Source: an uncultured delta proteobacterium (GTDB lineage Bacteria > Myxococcota_A > Polyangia > Fen-1088). From it: DNA of 64,000 nucleotides. Position 1 is the stretch's first letter; every line of letters begins with the position of its first letter. The notes under the pieces are model-generated. The model was not told the origin of the DNA and ran no database searches. It worked only from the letters and a program-made list of their open reading frames with translations. Location: positions 544,001-608,000 of the forward strand of contig CAVTRY010000011.1 of NCBI GenBank assembly GCA_963737265.1, written 5' to 3'. Positions 29,571 through 38,503 of this stretch are shown here, piece after piece. Both the position numbers and the translations under genes were made by a program.

Positions 29571-30938
29571 TTATCCAGCGGCCTCGACGTCGCGCCTGAC
29601 GCTTCCCCCGAGCGCCTGCAAGATTTCGCCGAAGGTTGGAAACGACGTGGCGATGTCCTCGCTGGGCACGACGGTTTCTTCGTCGGACAGCAGCCCCAGC
29701 ACCGCGCCGGCCATGGCGATGCGGTGATCGCGGTCGGGCGCAACGCGACCACCTCTCGGGGACAGGCCGGCGCTGCCCACGACGGTGAAGCCGTCGCTGG
29801 TTTGTTCGATGTCGACCCCGGCGCGCCGCAGCTCTCGGGCGATGGCGGCGATGCGATCCGACTCCTTCACGCGCAGCTCTCCAAGGTCGGAAAATTCTGA
29901 ACGGCCGCTCGCGACCGCGCAGGCGATGGCCAGCGCCGGGATCTCGTCGATGGAACGTAGGGCGAGCTCGCCGGCGATTCGGGTGGCCTGCAGCGGCCCC
30001 ACCCAGCGCACGCGCACGCGTCCCACGGGCTCGCCCATGACTTCCGCGGTTTGCACGACTTCGATGTTGGCCGCCATGGCCCGCAGGACATCGAGAACAC
30101 CGGTTCGGGTGGGATTGAGCCCGACTTGCTCGACGGTGACGTCGCTGCCGGGCACGACGGCGGCGGCGACCAGCAGGAAGGCCGCGGACGATAGATCGCC
30201 GGGTACCTCGACCGGGGCCGCCGTCAAGCGGCCGTTCCATCCCACCGGATGGACCTCGATTCGGCGCTGCTCGGGATCGACACGGATGGGCGCCCCGAGG
30301 AAGCGCAACATGCGCTCGGTGTGGTCGCGCGAAAGGCCGGGTTCCTGAATCGTGGTCCGGCTGCTGGCGCGCAAGCCCGCGAGCACGACGGCGCTTTTGA
30401 TCTGCGCGCTGGCCACCGGCAGTTGATAGTCGATTCCATGCAGGTTGCCGCCGGCGATGACGAGCGGAGGGAGAAGACCTTCGGGCCGGCTGGGGTCGCT
30501 GCGTCCGTCGATACGCGCGCCCATTGTGCGCAGAGGCTCGGCCACGCGGCCCATGGGCCGCCGGGACAGCGAGGGATCGCCGGTGAGCGTGCTTTCAAAC
30601 GGACAGCCCGCGAGAAGGCCGCAAAACAAGCGCATGGTCGTGCCTGAATTGCCACAGTCGAGGGCCGCGGCGGCCTGCCGCAAGCCCGCCAATCCCACGC
30701 CTGCCACGCGCGCTTCCGAACCCGCAACTTGCACGGAAACGCCAAGCGCGCGCAGAGCACCGGCGGTCGAGGCATTGTCGCCGCCCAGTCCCAGGCCCTT
30801 GATTTCGACCGGACCGTCGCAAAGGGCTCCGAACAGCAGCGCGCGATGCGAGATGGACTTGTCGCCGGGCACGCTGCACACCCCGCGCAAGGCCGGGCTT
30901 CGTCCGATGCGAAGGATTTGCTGGAAAGTGGGAGTCAT
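29571..30938 (-). CDS. aroA: 3-phosphoshikimate 1-carboxyvinyltransferase (EPSP synthase)
   Basis: PGDKSISHR, GNSGTTMR, SAQIKS, RDHTE, RVKESDR and DHRIAM. Confidence 0.96.
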   Translation of the reverse strand: MTPTFQQILRIGRSPALRGVCSVPGDKSISHRALLFGALCDGPVEIKGLGLGGDNASTAGALRALGVSVQVAGSEARVAGVGLAGLRQAAAALDCGNSGTTMRLFCGLLAGCPFESTLTGDPSLSRRPMGRVAEPLRTMGARIDGRSDPSRPEGLLPPLVIAGGNLHGIDYQLPVASAQIKSAVVLAGLRASSRTTIQEPGLSRDHTERMLRFLGAPIRVDPEQRRIEVHPVGWNGRLTAAPVEVPGDLSSAAFLLVAAAVVPGSDVTVEQVGLNPTRTGVLDVLRAMAANIEVVQTAEVMGEPVGRVRVRWVGPLQATRIAGELALRSIDEIPALAIACAVASGRSEFSDLGELRVKESDRIAAIARELRRAGVDIEQTSDGFTVVGSAGLSPRGGRVAPDRDHRIAMAGAVLGLLSDEETVVPSEDIATSFPTFGEILQALGGSVRRDVEAAG

Positions 30939-31945
30939 GGAGCTTTCTTCTCCTGGGCGCTCGCCTTGTCGGCGCGCAGTTTGGCGATGGTTTCAGCAAC
31001 GACGGACATGCGGTGGGAAATCTCGTCCCGGTCCTGCCGGGAGACATGGAGCGTGCCCTCGACGGAGGTTTCCTCCGCCGAGAAGCGTATCGAATCGATC
31101 ACGCGGGTGAAGCCGAAGGCCGCCACGATGGGGCGGACCCTCGCTTCGCCAATGTGCTCGGCGAGCCTGGCCGCCAAGTCGCGTGCCTGCAACTCCGTGC
31201 GCAGAACGCCCACCGTGGTCAGGTCGAGATCGCCGCCGAGATCGAGACGCCCGCCGAGCTCTTCCATGGTTCCGCCCTCGCCGGTCTCGCGCATCAGTTC
31301 TTCGCGGGTTGCCGGCTGCAGCCGCACGAAGAGCGAGGCGACGGGCATCGCCGAGCCCTTGGCGCGGGCGAGCGCCGCGCGCAGGCGCAGGAGCCAGGAT
31401 TCGGAATCGATGGCGCGAGCCACGCCAAGATTACAGTCGAGTGCTGCTCTGACCGCGATGGTCATCCCCGAAAGCACGACACGTTGGCCGACGAAGGCCA
31501 ACGACTCCTGGCCGCGAATCAGCAGGTCCGCGCCGCGATAGACGCTGCTTTCTACCGCCGTTCCGGTTTGGGCGAATGCCTTGCTCATCCGTTCGCGCAC
31601 GAATCTGCCCTGGGCGATAAGAACGCCCGCCCCATCTTGCAAGGCGGGAATCTTGGCGAAAATTAGACGATCCACGTCGCGAACTCGGTCGAAGCCAGGA
31701 TCGGTCGCGCCGCCTGAGCTGGCGACGGTAGCCAAACTGTCACGCGTCCACGGCGAGTCGCGCAGCTGGGCCAGATCCGCCCAGACCACCAGATCCGCCT
31801 CGGCGGGAACCATAGTCCACAAGTCGTCGTCGTCGAGAGTCGGACGCGCGGTTGATGCCGCGCCGGGTGCCAGGGAAGAGGATTCCGCGCAAGCTGCGGC
31901 CAAACACAAAAACGACAACGCCCCGACGACGCGCAATCCGTTCAC
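30935..31945 (-). CDS. Hypothetical lipoprotein between tyrA and aroA
   Basis: Lipobox-like LAAAC. 4-nt overlaps with both neighbours. Confidence 0.7.
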   Translation of the reverse strand: MNGLRVVGALSFLCLAAACAESSSLAPGAASTARPTLDDDDLWTMVPAEADLVVWADLAQLRDSPWTRDSLATVASSGGATDPGFDRVRDVDRLIFAKIPALQDGAGVLIAQGRFVRERMSKAFAQTGTAVESSVYRGADLLIRGQESLAFVGQRVVLSGMTIAVRAALDCNLGVARAIDSESWLLRLRAALARAKGSAMPVASLFVRLQPATREELMRETGEGGTMEELGGRLDLGGDLDLTTVGVLRTELQARDLAARLAEHIGEARVRPIVAAFGFTRVIDSIRFSAEETSVEGTLHVSRQDRDEISHRMSVVAETIAKLRADKASAQEKKAP

Positions 31946-32820
31946 CCCTTAACAAGTCGCTGGCGGCAAGCCTGGCCGGCGGTCAGCAGACGCTCCAAGG
32001 CCGCGCCATCGCCCGCGGCTACGGCGGCCCTGATGTCGCCCACGCATTTTTCCAGGTGCTCGATGCGGGGCAAGACGTGGCCTGCGTTGGCGAGCAGGAT
32101 GTCGCGCCAAACCTTCGGCCCCGAGGACGCGATGCGGGTGGTGTCGCGCAAGCTGGTGGCGGAGTTGGCGGGGGTAACGAACGATTCGAGGAACGACAGG
32201 TCGGACGCCAGCGCGGCGGCGAGCGCAAACGCCGCCACGTGCGGCAGATGGCTCTGCGCTGCCATCAAGCGATCATGAATTTCCGGATCGATGGTCAGCG
32301 TCTGACAGCCGATGCCACGCCAAAAAACGTGGGCCGCGGCGACGGCGGCAGCGGTTGCGTTGCGAGCGGGACACACGAAACAGACGCGGCCGTGATAAAT
32401 ATCCGCGTCGGCGGCCTCGACGCCGGAGAACTCGGCCCCCGCCATGGGATGACACCCCACGAATTGGCCGCAGGGCAGCGCCGCCTCGGCAGCCAGCACC
32501 ACCGCTGACTTCACGCTGCCGACATCGATGACCGTGGTGTCGCTCGCAAGGCTCCCTGCCAGGCTTCGCACCAGAACGGTCAAGCTCTGCACGGGCGCGG
32601 CCAAAAGGACGAGGGATGCCCCGCGCGCGGCGGACTCGGGGCTGGTGGCGACGGTGTCGGCGATTCCGGCGCGCCAGGCGGCCAGCGTGGCTTGAGGATC
32701 TGTGTCGTAGCCGATCACGTGGCCGACCAAACCAGCGCGGCGCGCGGCGAGAACGGCCGAGCCGCCGATGTAGCCAACGCCCAGCAGCGCTAGCCTGGGA
32801 AAGTGAGCCTGTGATTCCAA
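31942..32820 (-). CDS. tyrA: Prephenate/arogenate dehydrogenase
   Basis: GVGYIGGS, DVGSVK, HPMAGAE, HD...SHLPH and LRDTTRIASS. Confidence 0.92.
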   Translation of the reverse strand: MESQAHFPRLALLGVGYIGGSAVLAARRAGLVGHVIGYDTDPQATLAAWRAGIADTVATSPESAARGASLVLLAAPVQSLTVLVRSLAGSLASDTTVIDVGSVKSAVVLAAEAALPCGQFVGCHPMAGAEFSGVEAADADIYHGRVCFVCPARNATAAAVAAAHVFWRGIGCQTLTIDPEIHDRLMAAQSHLPHVAAFALAAALASDLSFLESFVTPANSATSLRDTTRIASSGPKVWRDILLANAGHVLPRIEHLEKCVGDIRAAVAAGDGAALERLLTAGQACRQRLVKG

Positions 32821-32875
32821 AACCGTTGCAGCCTATCAGGTTGAAGGCGCGGTCAACAATTCGTTGCTGGCCTTC

Positions 32876-33019
32876 GGGTACGTTGCATGAACCCGGGTTT
32901 TGGAGTGAAGCGACCGGAAACCCAAGGGCGCATCCTCAAGAGCGGGTCGCGAGACCTGCCACGTGCGGGTGTGTCCGCCGAGAGAATGGATGGAAAACCC
33001 GGGCCTGTGCAACGCACCC
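32876..33019. mobile_element. 144-bp MITE, family B
   Basis: 26-bp imperfect TIRs (GGGTACGTTGCATGAACCCGGGTTTT / AAAACCCGGGCCTGTGCAACGCACCC), flanked by the perfect 9-bp direct repeat CTGGCCTTC at 32867-32875 and 33020-33028. Confidence 0.85.
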
Positions 33020-33043
33020 CTGGCCTTCTGTCTGAACAGGTCT

Positions 33044-33586
33044 TCACTCGCTGTAGAGCGCGTGTTCGCGAACGTAGTCTTGCACCGCATGCGGAAGCAG
33101 GCCGGCAACCGATTGGCCGGTGGCCAGCCGCGCGCGTATTTCGGTCGAGCTCAGGGCCGGCATGGCCACGGCGGAGCCACCCGAATAGCCGCCGCGCCCG
33201 ACCACGATCCGCTGTACGTTGCGCAGCAGCTCGCCGGCGCCGTACCACATGGGAAGCTCGGATTCGATGTCCGCACCCACGACCAGAAGAAACTCGATGG
33301 CGGGATGCTCGGCCCGCAGCGCCTTGAGCGTCACCAGGGTACGGCTTTCACCGCCAAGACGGCCCTCTATGTCGCTGACGCGCACGCGAGGTCCGAGCGC
33401 GGCCGCCGCCAGCTCGCACATACGCAGGCGATGCTGGTAAGGCGCCAAGAGCTTGTCGAAGGGATGCTTGCAACACGGCACCAGCCACAGTTCGTCCACC
33501 GCGGCCGTCTCCAGCACGTACAGCGACACCATTTGGTGCGCCACGTGGGGAGGGTTGAAGCTGCCGCCGAAAAATGCCACCCGCAT
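33044..33586 (-). CDS. nadD: Nicotinate-nucleotide adenylyltransferase
   Basis: GGSFNPPHVAH, VVGAD..W and LSSTEIR. Confidence 0.92.
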   Translation of the reverse strand: MRVAFFGGSFNPPHVAHQMVSLYVLETAAVDELWLVPCCKHPFDKLLAPYQHRLRMCELAAAALGPRVRVSDIEGRLGGESRTLVTLKALRAEHPAIEFLLVVGADIESELPMWYGAGELLRNVQRIVVGRGGYSGGSAVAMPALSSTEIRARLATGQSVAGLLPHAVQDYVREHALYSE

Positions 33587-33643
33587 GCGCCCAACGATAC
33601 AACAGGGACGGGCGCACCGGGAGCCCGTCGGTGTGGCTTGTTC

Positions 33644-34840
33644 TTAGTAAAGCAGATGGGGCCGACGACGCTCCGCAAAGGCAGCCTCGGCGTCCTGCCA
33701 GGTCCCGCGAAGGTCGTCGAGTCCGGCGCCCGATTCGATGCCCTTGCGAAGCGCGTCTCCGCCAGCGAGGAGGTCGATGGCCAGGCGATCGGAGACGAAC
33801 TCGTACTTCTCGGTGCGCCAGCGAAAACCATCGCCGGCGAGGGCGAAAAGCGCGCGCACGACGGCGATCCCCGTCAGAAGCGGGCGAAAAACAACTCGAT
33901 CCGCGACGTGGATCTGGATCCCACCGCAGACTTGGCCGGCGAATTTGTGGAAGGTCGGCCGGAATGCCAGCGAACGGAAAACCACGCCCGGAAGCCGGTA
34001 GGTCGCGAGGTGGTCAGCCAGTCGAGCGCCATCGACGAAGGGAGCACCGATGATTTCGAACGGTCGAGTGGTTCCCCTGCCCTCAGATACATTGGTTCCT
34101 TCGAGGAGGCACATGCCGGGATAGACGAGCGCGGTATCGAGCGTCGGCATGTTGGGTGACGGCAAAACCCACGGCAGCCCGGTTGCGTCGAAATAGTCTT
34201 CTCGCCTCCAACCGCGCATGGCGACGACCTCCAGGTCGCAGTCGAGCGGCTTGGCGAAGCGCGGGCCGCCCCAGGGAATTCCGCCACGCACGAGGTTCGC
34301 GATTTCGCCGATGGTCAGCCCGTGGCGAACCGGAATCGAGCCGAGACCCACGAATGACTCCGCGCCGGGCTCGATGTCGCCCCCTTCGACTGCCACGCCG
34401 TCGATGGGATTGGGGCGATCTAGCACCACCAGGTGAACGCCGGCGCGTGCCGCACTCTGCATGCACAACGCCATGGTCCATACGAACGTGTAGTAGCGGC
34501 TGCCGATGTCCTGCAGATCGACGACGAGCACGTCGATGTCGGCCAGGGAGTCGGGCGGCGGGGCCAGCGACTCGGCTCTATCTGCGTACAGGCTGGTTAC
34601 AGGAATGCCGCTTCGAGCATCCCGTTCGCTGCCCACGCCAACCATGTCCTGGGCTTCGCCGCGCACGCCGTGTTCCGGGCCAAACAGCCGAACCAGGTTG
34701 ACCGACGCCGCCGCCAACGCATCCACGGCGTGGACGAGCCGGGAATCGACGCTGGCGGGATGACAGAGCAATCCAACGCGACGGCCGCGCAGAAGGCCCG
34801 ATCTTTCGCTTAGGACGATGTCGAGACCGGTTTGCACCAT
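33644..34840 (-). CDS. namZ: DUF1343 family exo-beta-N-acetylmuramidase NamZ
   Basis: PEHG, DLQDIGSRYYT, LDRPNP, PSPNMP and SEGRGTTRPFE. Confidence 0.9.
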   Translation of the reverse strand: MVQTGLDIVLSERSGLLRGRRVGLLCHPASVDSRLVHAVDALAAASVNLVRLFGPEHGVRGEAQDMVGVGSERDARSGIPVTSLYADRAESLAPPPDSLADIDVLVVDLQDIGSRYYTFVWTMALCMQSAARAGVHLVVLDRPNPIDGVAVEGGDIEPGAESFVGLGSIPVRHGLTIGEIANLVRGGIPWGGPRFAKPLDCDLEVVAMRGWRREDYFDATGLPWVLPSPNMPTLDTALVYPGMCLLEGTNVSEGRGTTRPFEIIGAPFVDGARLADHLATYRLPGVVFRSLAFRPTFHKFAGQVCGGIQIHVADRVVFRPLLTGIAVVRALFALAGDGFRWRTEKYEFVSDRLAIDLLAGGDALRKGIESGAGLDDLRGTWQDAEAAFAERRRPHLLY

Positions 34841-36298
34841 CTAGGCGATTTTTACGGGACGGAACGAAATCTGGTCGCCTTGCACCGCGAGCAAGAAGCG
34901 AACGACCTTGCATTCCCACTTTTCGCGCAGGCCGGCCTCGGTGAGGCTCAGCTTGGCCATGAAGGCGAGCACGCTCATGCCTTCACTAGGCTGCCCGAGC
35001 CGGTGCAAGGCCGAGACATACTCGTTGAACAGACGCGGGTAGTAGGCGGCTTCGTTTTCGGCCGCCAGGGCCGAAGCGATCGCGGCCGGCTCCTCGCCGT
35101 CGGTGGCTTCGATAACCATCGCCTCGGCCTTCCACGCCTGCTGGCCGCCCTCGTCCTCTTCCTCGACCGCCTCTTCGCTCGGTTCTTCGCGGCCAAGGAG
35201 GCGCGCCAACATGACGTTCAGGCTGTTGGAAAGTCCCTCGAAATCCTGGCCCACCGGCTTGAAGGTGTAGTCGATGTTGCCGTTGATGACCTCGGCCACG
35301 CCCAGCTCGATCTCGTCGAGAGGCGCGACAAATCGGCGCGCGGTGAGCGCGGAGGTGGCAATGGCCACAATAATCGCCAAGAGCCCGAGCCAAACAATCT
35401 TCATTCCCGCCGCGTGGACATTGGCCATGCCCTCGGAGAGCGAGGCGAGGACGACGAAACCACTGGTCTTGTCGGCAAAGTTGCCAGGCATGGGCGCAAC
35501 CACCGCGGAGAATTCCCGACCTTCTATTTCCCAGGTCTTGACCTCGCTGGGCGTGCCTTTCTGCAGGGTGCTCTCGGCCAGCTTTTCTCCCGAGAAAAGC
35601 AAATTGCTGAGCGCCTGTGATTTCGCGACGTCTTCCTTGGACTTGTCCTCGCCGGAAACGAAGCTGGAGGCGTAGACCTTTCCAGCGTGAAAGAAGCCAA
35701 TTTCGCTGTCGAGCAAGTCTCGATTGGTTTGCGCCGTCGTCGCGCTGACGACCCACGCGAGCAGCACGGCCCCGATGACGCCGTTGTCCGCCCTGAGGAC
35801 GGGCGCAACCGCGACCTCGTGCACGCGGTCTTGCCACGTCCAAACATCCTTCACCGCCGTGCCCTGTAACGCCTGGCCCACGGCCGGATATTTGGCCCTA
35901 AGGTCGAGACCAACGTCGGCATTTGGATTCAAATCGCGCGCGATGATCTTCCCCGTCGCATCGAGAATCGCCACGATGTCTGGCTTGCGCCCCTCTTGCC
36001 CGAGTTGCTGCTTGATCCCCTCGCAGACCTCATAGGTCGCCGACTGCCGGACCGCCGCATCCGCCTTGTCGAAGAGGGCGAGCACCGCTGGGGAATGGGC
36101 ACGAGCGGACGCCAGGTTCGCAAGCTTGAGACCGTTCAGCTGACTGATGTCTCGATAGACCCGCTGCGCACGTGCCACGCGCGATTCAACGTTCTGTCTC
36201 TCGGAATCCCTCAGCGACGTCGTGATCGCGACGTGAAACATGGCCGTCAAACCCGCCAGAACGACAGCGGCGATGAGTCCGATCTTCATACGGTGCAT
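34841..36298 (-). CDS. Myxobacterial membrane protein with Cache-like sensor and HAMP domain (MXAN_5187-like)
   Basis: TM, periplasmic domain, TM, HAMP (PLDEIELGVAEVINGN), acidic linker and small C-terminal domain. Confidence 0.65.
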   Translation of the reverse strand: MHRMKIGLIAAVVLAGLTAMFHVAITTSLRDSERQNVESRVARAQRVYRDISQLNGLKLANLASARAHSPAVLALFDKADAAVRQSATYEVCEGIKQQLGQEGRKPDIVAILDATGKIIARDLNPNADVGLDLRAKYPAVGQALQGTAVKDVWTWQDRVHEVAVAPVLRADNGVIGAVLLAWVVSATTAQTNRDLLDSEIGFFHAGKVYASSFVSGEDKSKEDVAKSQALSNLLFSGEKLAESTLQKGTPSEVKTWEIEGREFSAVVAPMPGNFADKTSGFVVLASLSEGMANVHAAGMKIVWLGLLAIIVAIATSALTARRFVAPLDEIELGVAEVINGNIDYTFKPVGQDFEGLSNSLNVMLARLLGREEPSEEAVEEEDEGGQQAWKAEAMVIEATDGEEPAAIASALAAENEAAYYPRLFNEYVSALHRLGQPSEGMSVLAFMAKLSLTEAGLREKWECKVVRFLLAVQGDQISFRPVKIA

Positions 36299-36499
36299 TT
36301 GTTTCCTCGCACTTTTCGGAGTGAATGGGCAGGCGAAGGCTTCCCCAACAATGAAACCGCGACGGGCTCGCAAACGCCGCGGCGATTATCAGCATCAGGC
36401 CGGCGGCACGTCAAGCCGCCTGGAGGCCGCGCGGGCTGTTGGTTCGTTGGGGGGTACACAAATTTGACAGAGCCGCCCCGAGGACCTACATGTAGGATT

Positions 36500-36859
36500 A
36501 TGCGTACACCATCACGTTCCTCCAGTCCCAAGCCCAGCACGCCCGATCGCCGCGCTGATCGCCGGCGCGAGATCGACGTACTCATGAACCGATACCTCAA
36601 CGGCTATCCGTTCCTTTGCCGGGCATCCGACATCAGCCGAACCGGAATGCGGATCCATCCCATCAGCGGATCGAGTGCTTCGGTCCGCATTATTGGGTTG
36701 CAGTTCCAGCTCCCAGGTTGCGCGGATGTCATCACGGCGTCGGGTGAAGTCGTCACGGAAAATCAGCAGGAGCGTACCGTCGGAGTGCGATTCACGCGCC
36801 TGCCGCCGGTTTCCGCGGATCGCATCGGTCGCTTCCTGGCCGCATCTCGCCCAGTTTAG
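36500..36859 (+). CDS. Stand-alone PilZ domain protein
   Basis: RRADRR (RxxxR), DISRTG (DxSxxG) and GVRF. Confidence 0.8.
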   Translation: MRTPSRSSSPKPSTPDRRADRRREIDVLMNRYLNGYPFLCRASDISRTGMRIHPISGSSASVRIIGLQFQLPGCADVITASGEVVTENQQERTVGVRFTRLPPVSADRIGRFLAASRPV

Positions 36860-37105
36860 TCTAGAGCACCTCGTTTTCCAGGCGTAACCCGCCCCCCGCC
36901 ATGCGAAATCCCCGATGACTCATCATGAGTCATGCTAGAAATCGTTTCGTGTTCAAGCCGCTTGGGCGGCCGAGCATTTTCGCGCTATCGCACGTTAGTT
37001 GACTTCGGGCCTTGACAGTTACGCCCCGTCCTCGCTCATATCTTCATCCATCCCCGCGGTGAGCACCCGGGAGGAAGTCGACCCCTCACGCATGGAGATA
37101 CCGTC

Positions 37106-38311
37106 TTGGAGCAACCGAAAAAGCCTGGTCCTGGAAGAGATATCGCTGACCTGAAAGCCCGACTCGGCTTGGCCCGAGGCGCGCCTGTGCCCGGCCCTGC
37201 GCCCGGTCCGGTCGCCGTACCGGCCATTCCCTCGGTGCCGCCGCCGAGCGCGGTACCCAACCCCAATGCGCCGTTTCCCAATCCCCTCGCCGCGCCGCTG
37301 GTAGCGCCCGCGCCTCTGCCGGTGGCGCAACCAGCCTTCGACGATCCGTTTGCGGCCATGCGTCCGCCCGAGGGCAAGCACTTCGATTTACACTCGGTCG
37401 ACGACGGCAGGCCATCGGTAAGCGTTCAGCGCGGCGGCGGTCTGGCCAGCCGGATCATCTTGGTGATCGCAGCCGTGGTCGCCGGTGCGGTTGGCTTCGG
37501 ATTCGGCGCGTCCGCAGTGGGCCGACGCATGTTCAATCAGGCGAACTTCGGCGCCAAGCGCGTGAAGGCCGAGCTGGACGAGATGCAGAAGACGATCGGT
37601 CAGATTGGTAGCGCGGTGGCGATGAGCCAGCAGCACCTGGCGGCCGCGAAGCAGGATCCCCTGGCCTACGATCCCAAGCTGATTTCCGATCTCGAGGCGG
37701 TGAAGCTCGATCCCCGGCCTGATACCTCGCGCATCTTCAAGGTGAACTACTACCTCCTCGAAGACCTCGCCATCGACCGACTGATGAACTACTACTACGA
37801 CGCGATCAACCTCTACGGCGAAGTCGAGCGGCACATCAAGCGCACCAAGGCCGACAAGGCCACGTTGGAGGCGTTCGCGGCCAAGCTGGCGGAAAAAGGC
37901 GGAACCGACCCGTCGAAGCCCGCGGTCAACTACGGCGTCGTGTTCTCGTCTAGCGGCAAGCTCGCCATCGGCAATCTGGTGGAAATCGGCAAGCAGGTCT
38001 GCAAGAGCGGTGGCGAGAACTGTACCGACAAGGATCCGCTTGAGGGTTTCCAGATCCGCTCGAACACCGGCGCACCCTGGTCGCCGCGCAAGATAGGACC
38101 CAAGCCGGAAGGTGACAAGGTGGTTCCCATCGAGAAGACACCGCTATTCGATGCGGTGATGAACGGTTCGCCCGACCAGGTTCGCATGGAACAGTACAAG
38201 CAGCGCTACAACAACATTCGCCAGATCCTCGCTCGCCTGGGTTCGACGCGGAAGGAGCTGGGAGACGCCATCGACAAGGCAGCCGCCCGGCCTGATCTGT
38301 TCACTTTCTAA
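37106..38311 (+). CDS. Conserved myxobacterial hypothetical membrane protein
   Basis: DIADLKARLGL N-terminus, Pro-rich region, one TM segment and strong codon bias. GGAG lies upstream of the TTG. Confidence 0.75.
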   Translation: MEQPKKPGPGRDIADLKARLGLARGAPVPGPAPGPVAVPAIPSVPPPSAVPNPNAPFPNPLAAPLVAPAPLPVAQPAFDDPFAAMRPPEGKHFDLHSVDDGRPSVSVQRGGGLASRIILVIAAVVAGAVGFGFGASAVGRRMFNQANFGAKRVKAELDEMQKTIGQIGSAVAMSQQHLAAAKQDPLAYDPKLISDLEAVKLDPRPDTSRIFKVNYYLLEDLAIDRLMNYYYDAINLYGEVERHIKRTKADKATLEAFAAKLAEKGGTDPSKPAVNYGVVFSSSGKLAIGNLVEIGKQVCKSGGENCTDKDPLEGFQIRSNTGAPWSPRKIGPKPEGDKVVPIEKTPLFDAVMNGSPDQVRMEQYKQRYNNIRQILARLGSTRKELGDAIDKAAARPDLFTF

Positions 38312-38358
38312 GACAAGGTGAATCCGAGCCAAGGGCTCGACCGCAGGCAATCTTCACG

Positions 38359-38397
38359 AAAACGGCGATGGGAGAGATTCCGTCGCCGTTTTGTTTT
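38359..38397. terminator. Intrinsic, probably bidirectional, terminator
   Basis: AAAACGGCGATGG-loop-CCGTCGCCGTTTTGTTTT between convergent genes. Confidence 0.75.
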
Positions 38398-38503
38398 GTC
38401 ACGCCGCTTGACCAGGGTGTTTCGTCAACCGACAGGTCCGTCGACCGCGCCTTCCACGGCCAATTCCTGGACACATCACCAGGTGATTCTTGGGGGGCAC
38501 GCT

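Noticed and set aside
32876-33019. 6S RNA or SRP RNA
   Set aside because: The fold is rod-like, but there is no SRP core motif or usual ssrS context, and the 9-bp flanking direct repeat favours a MITE. An Rfam search is still needed.
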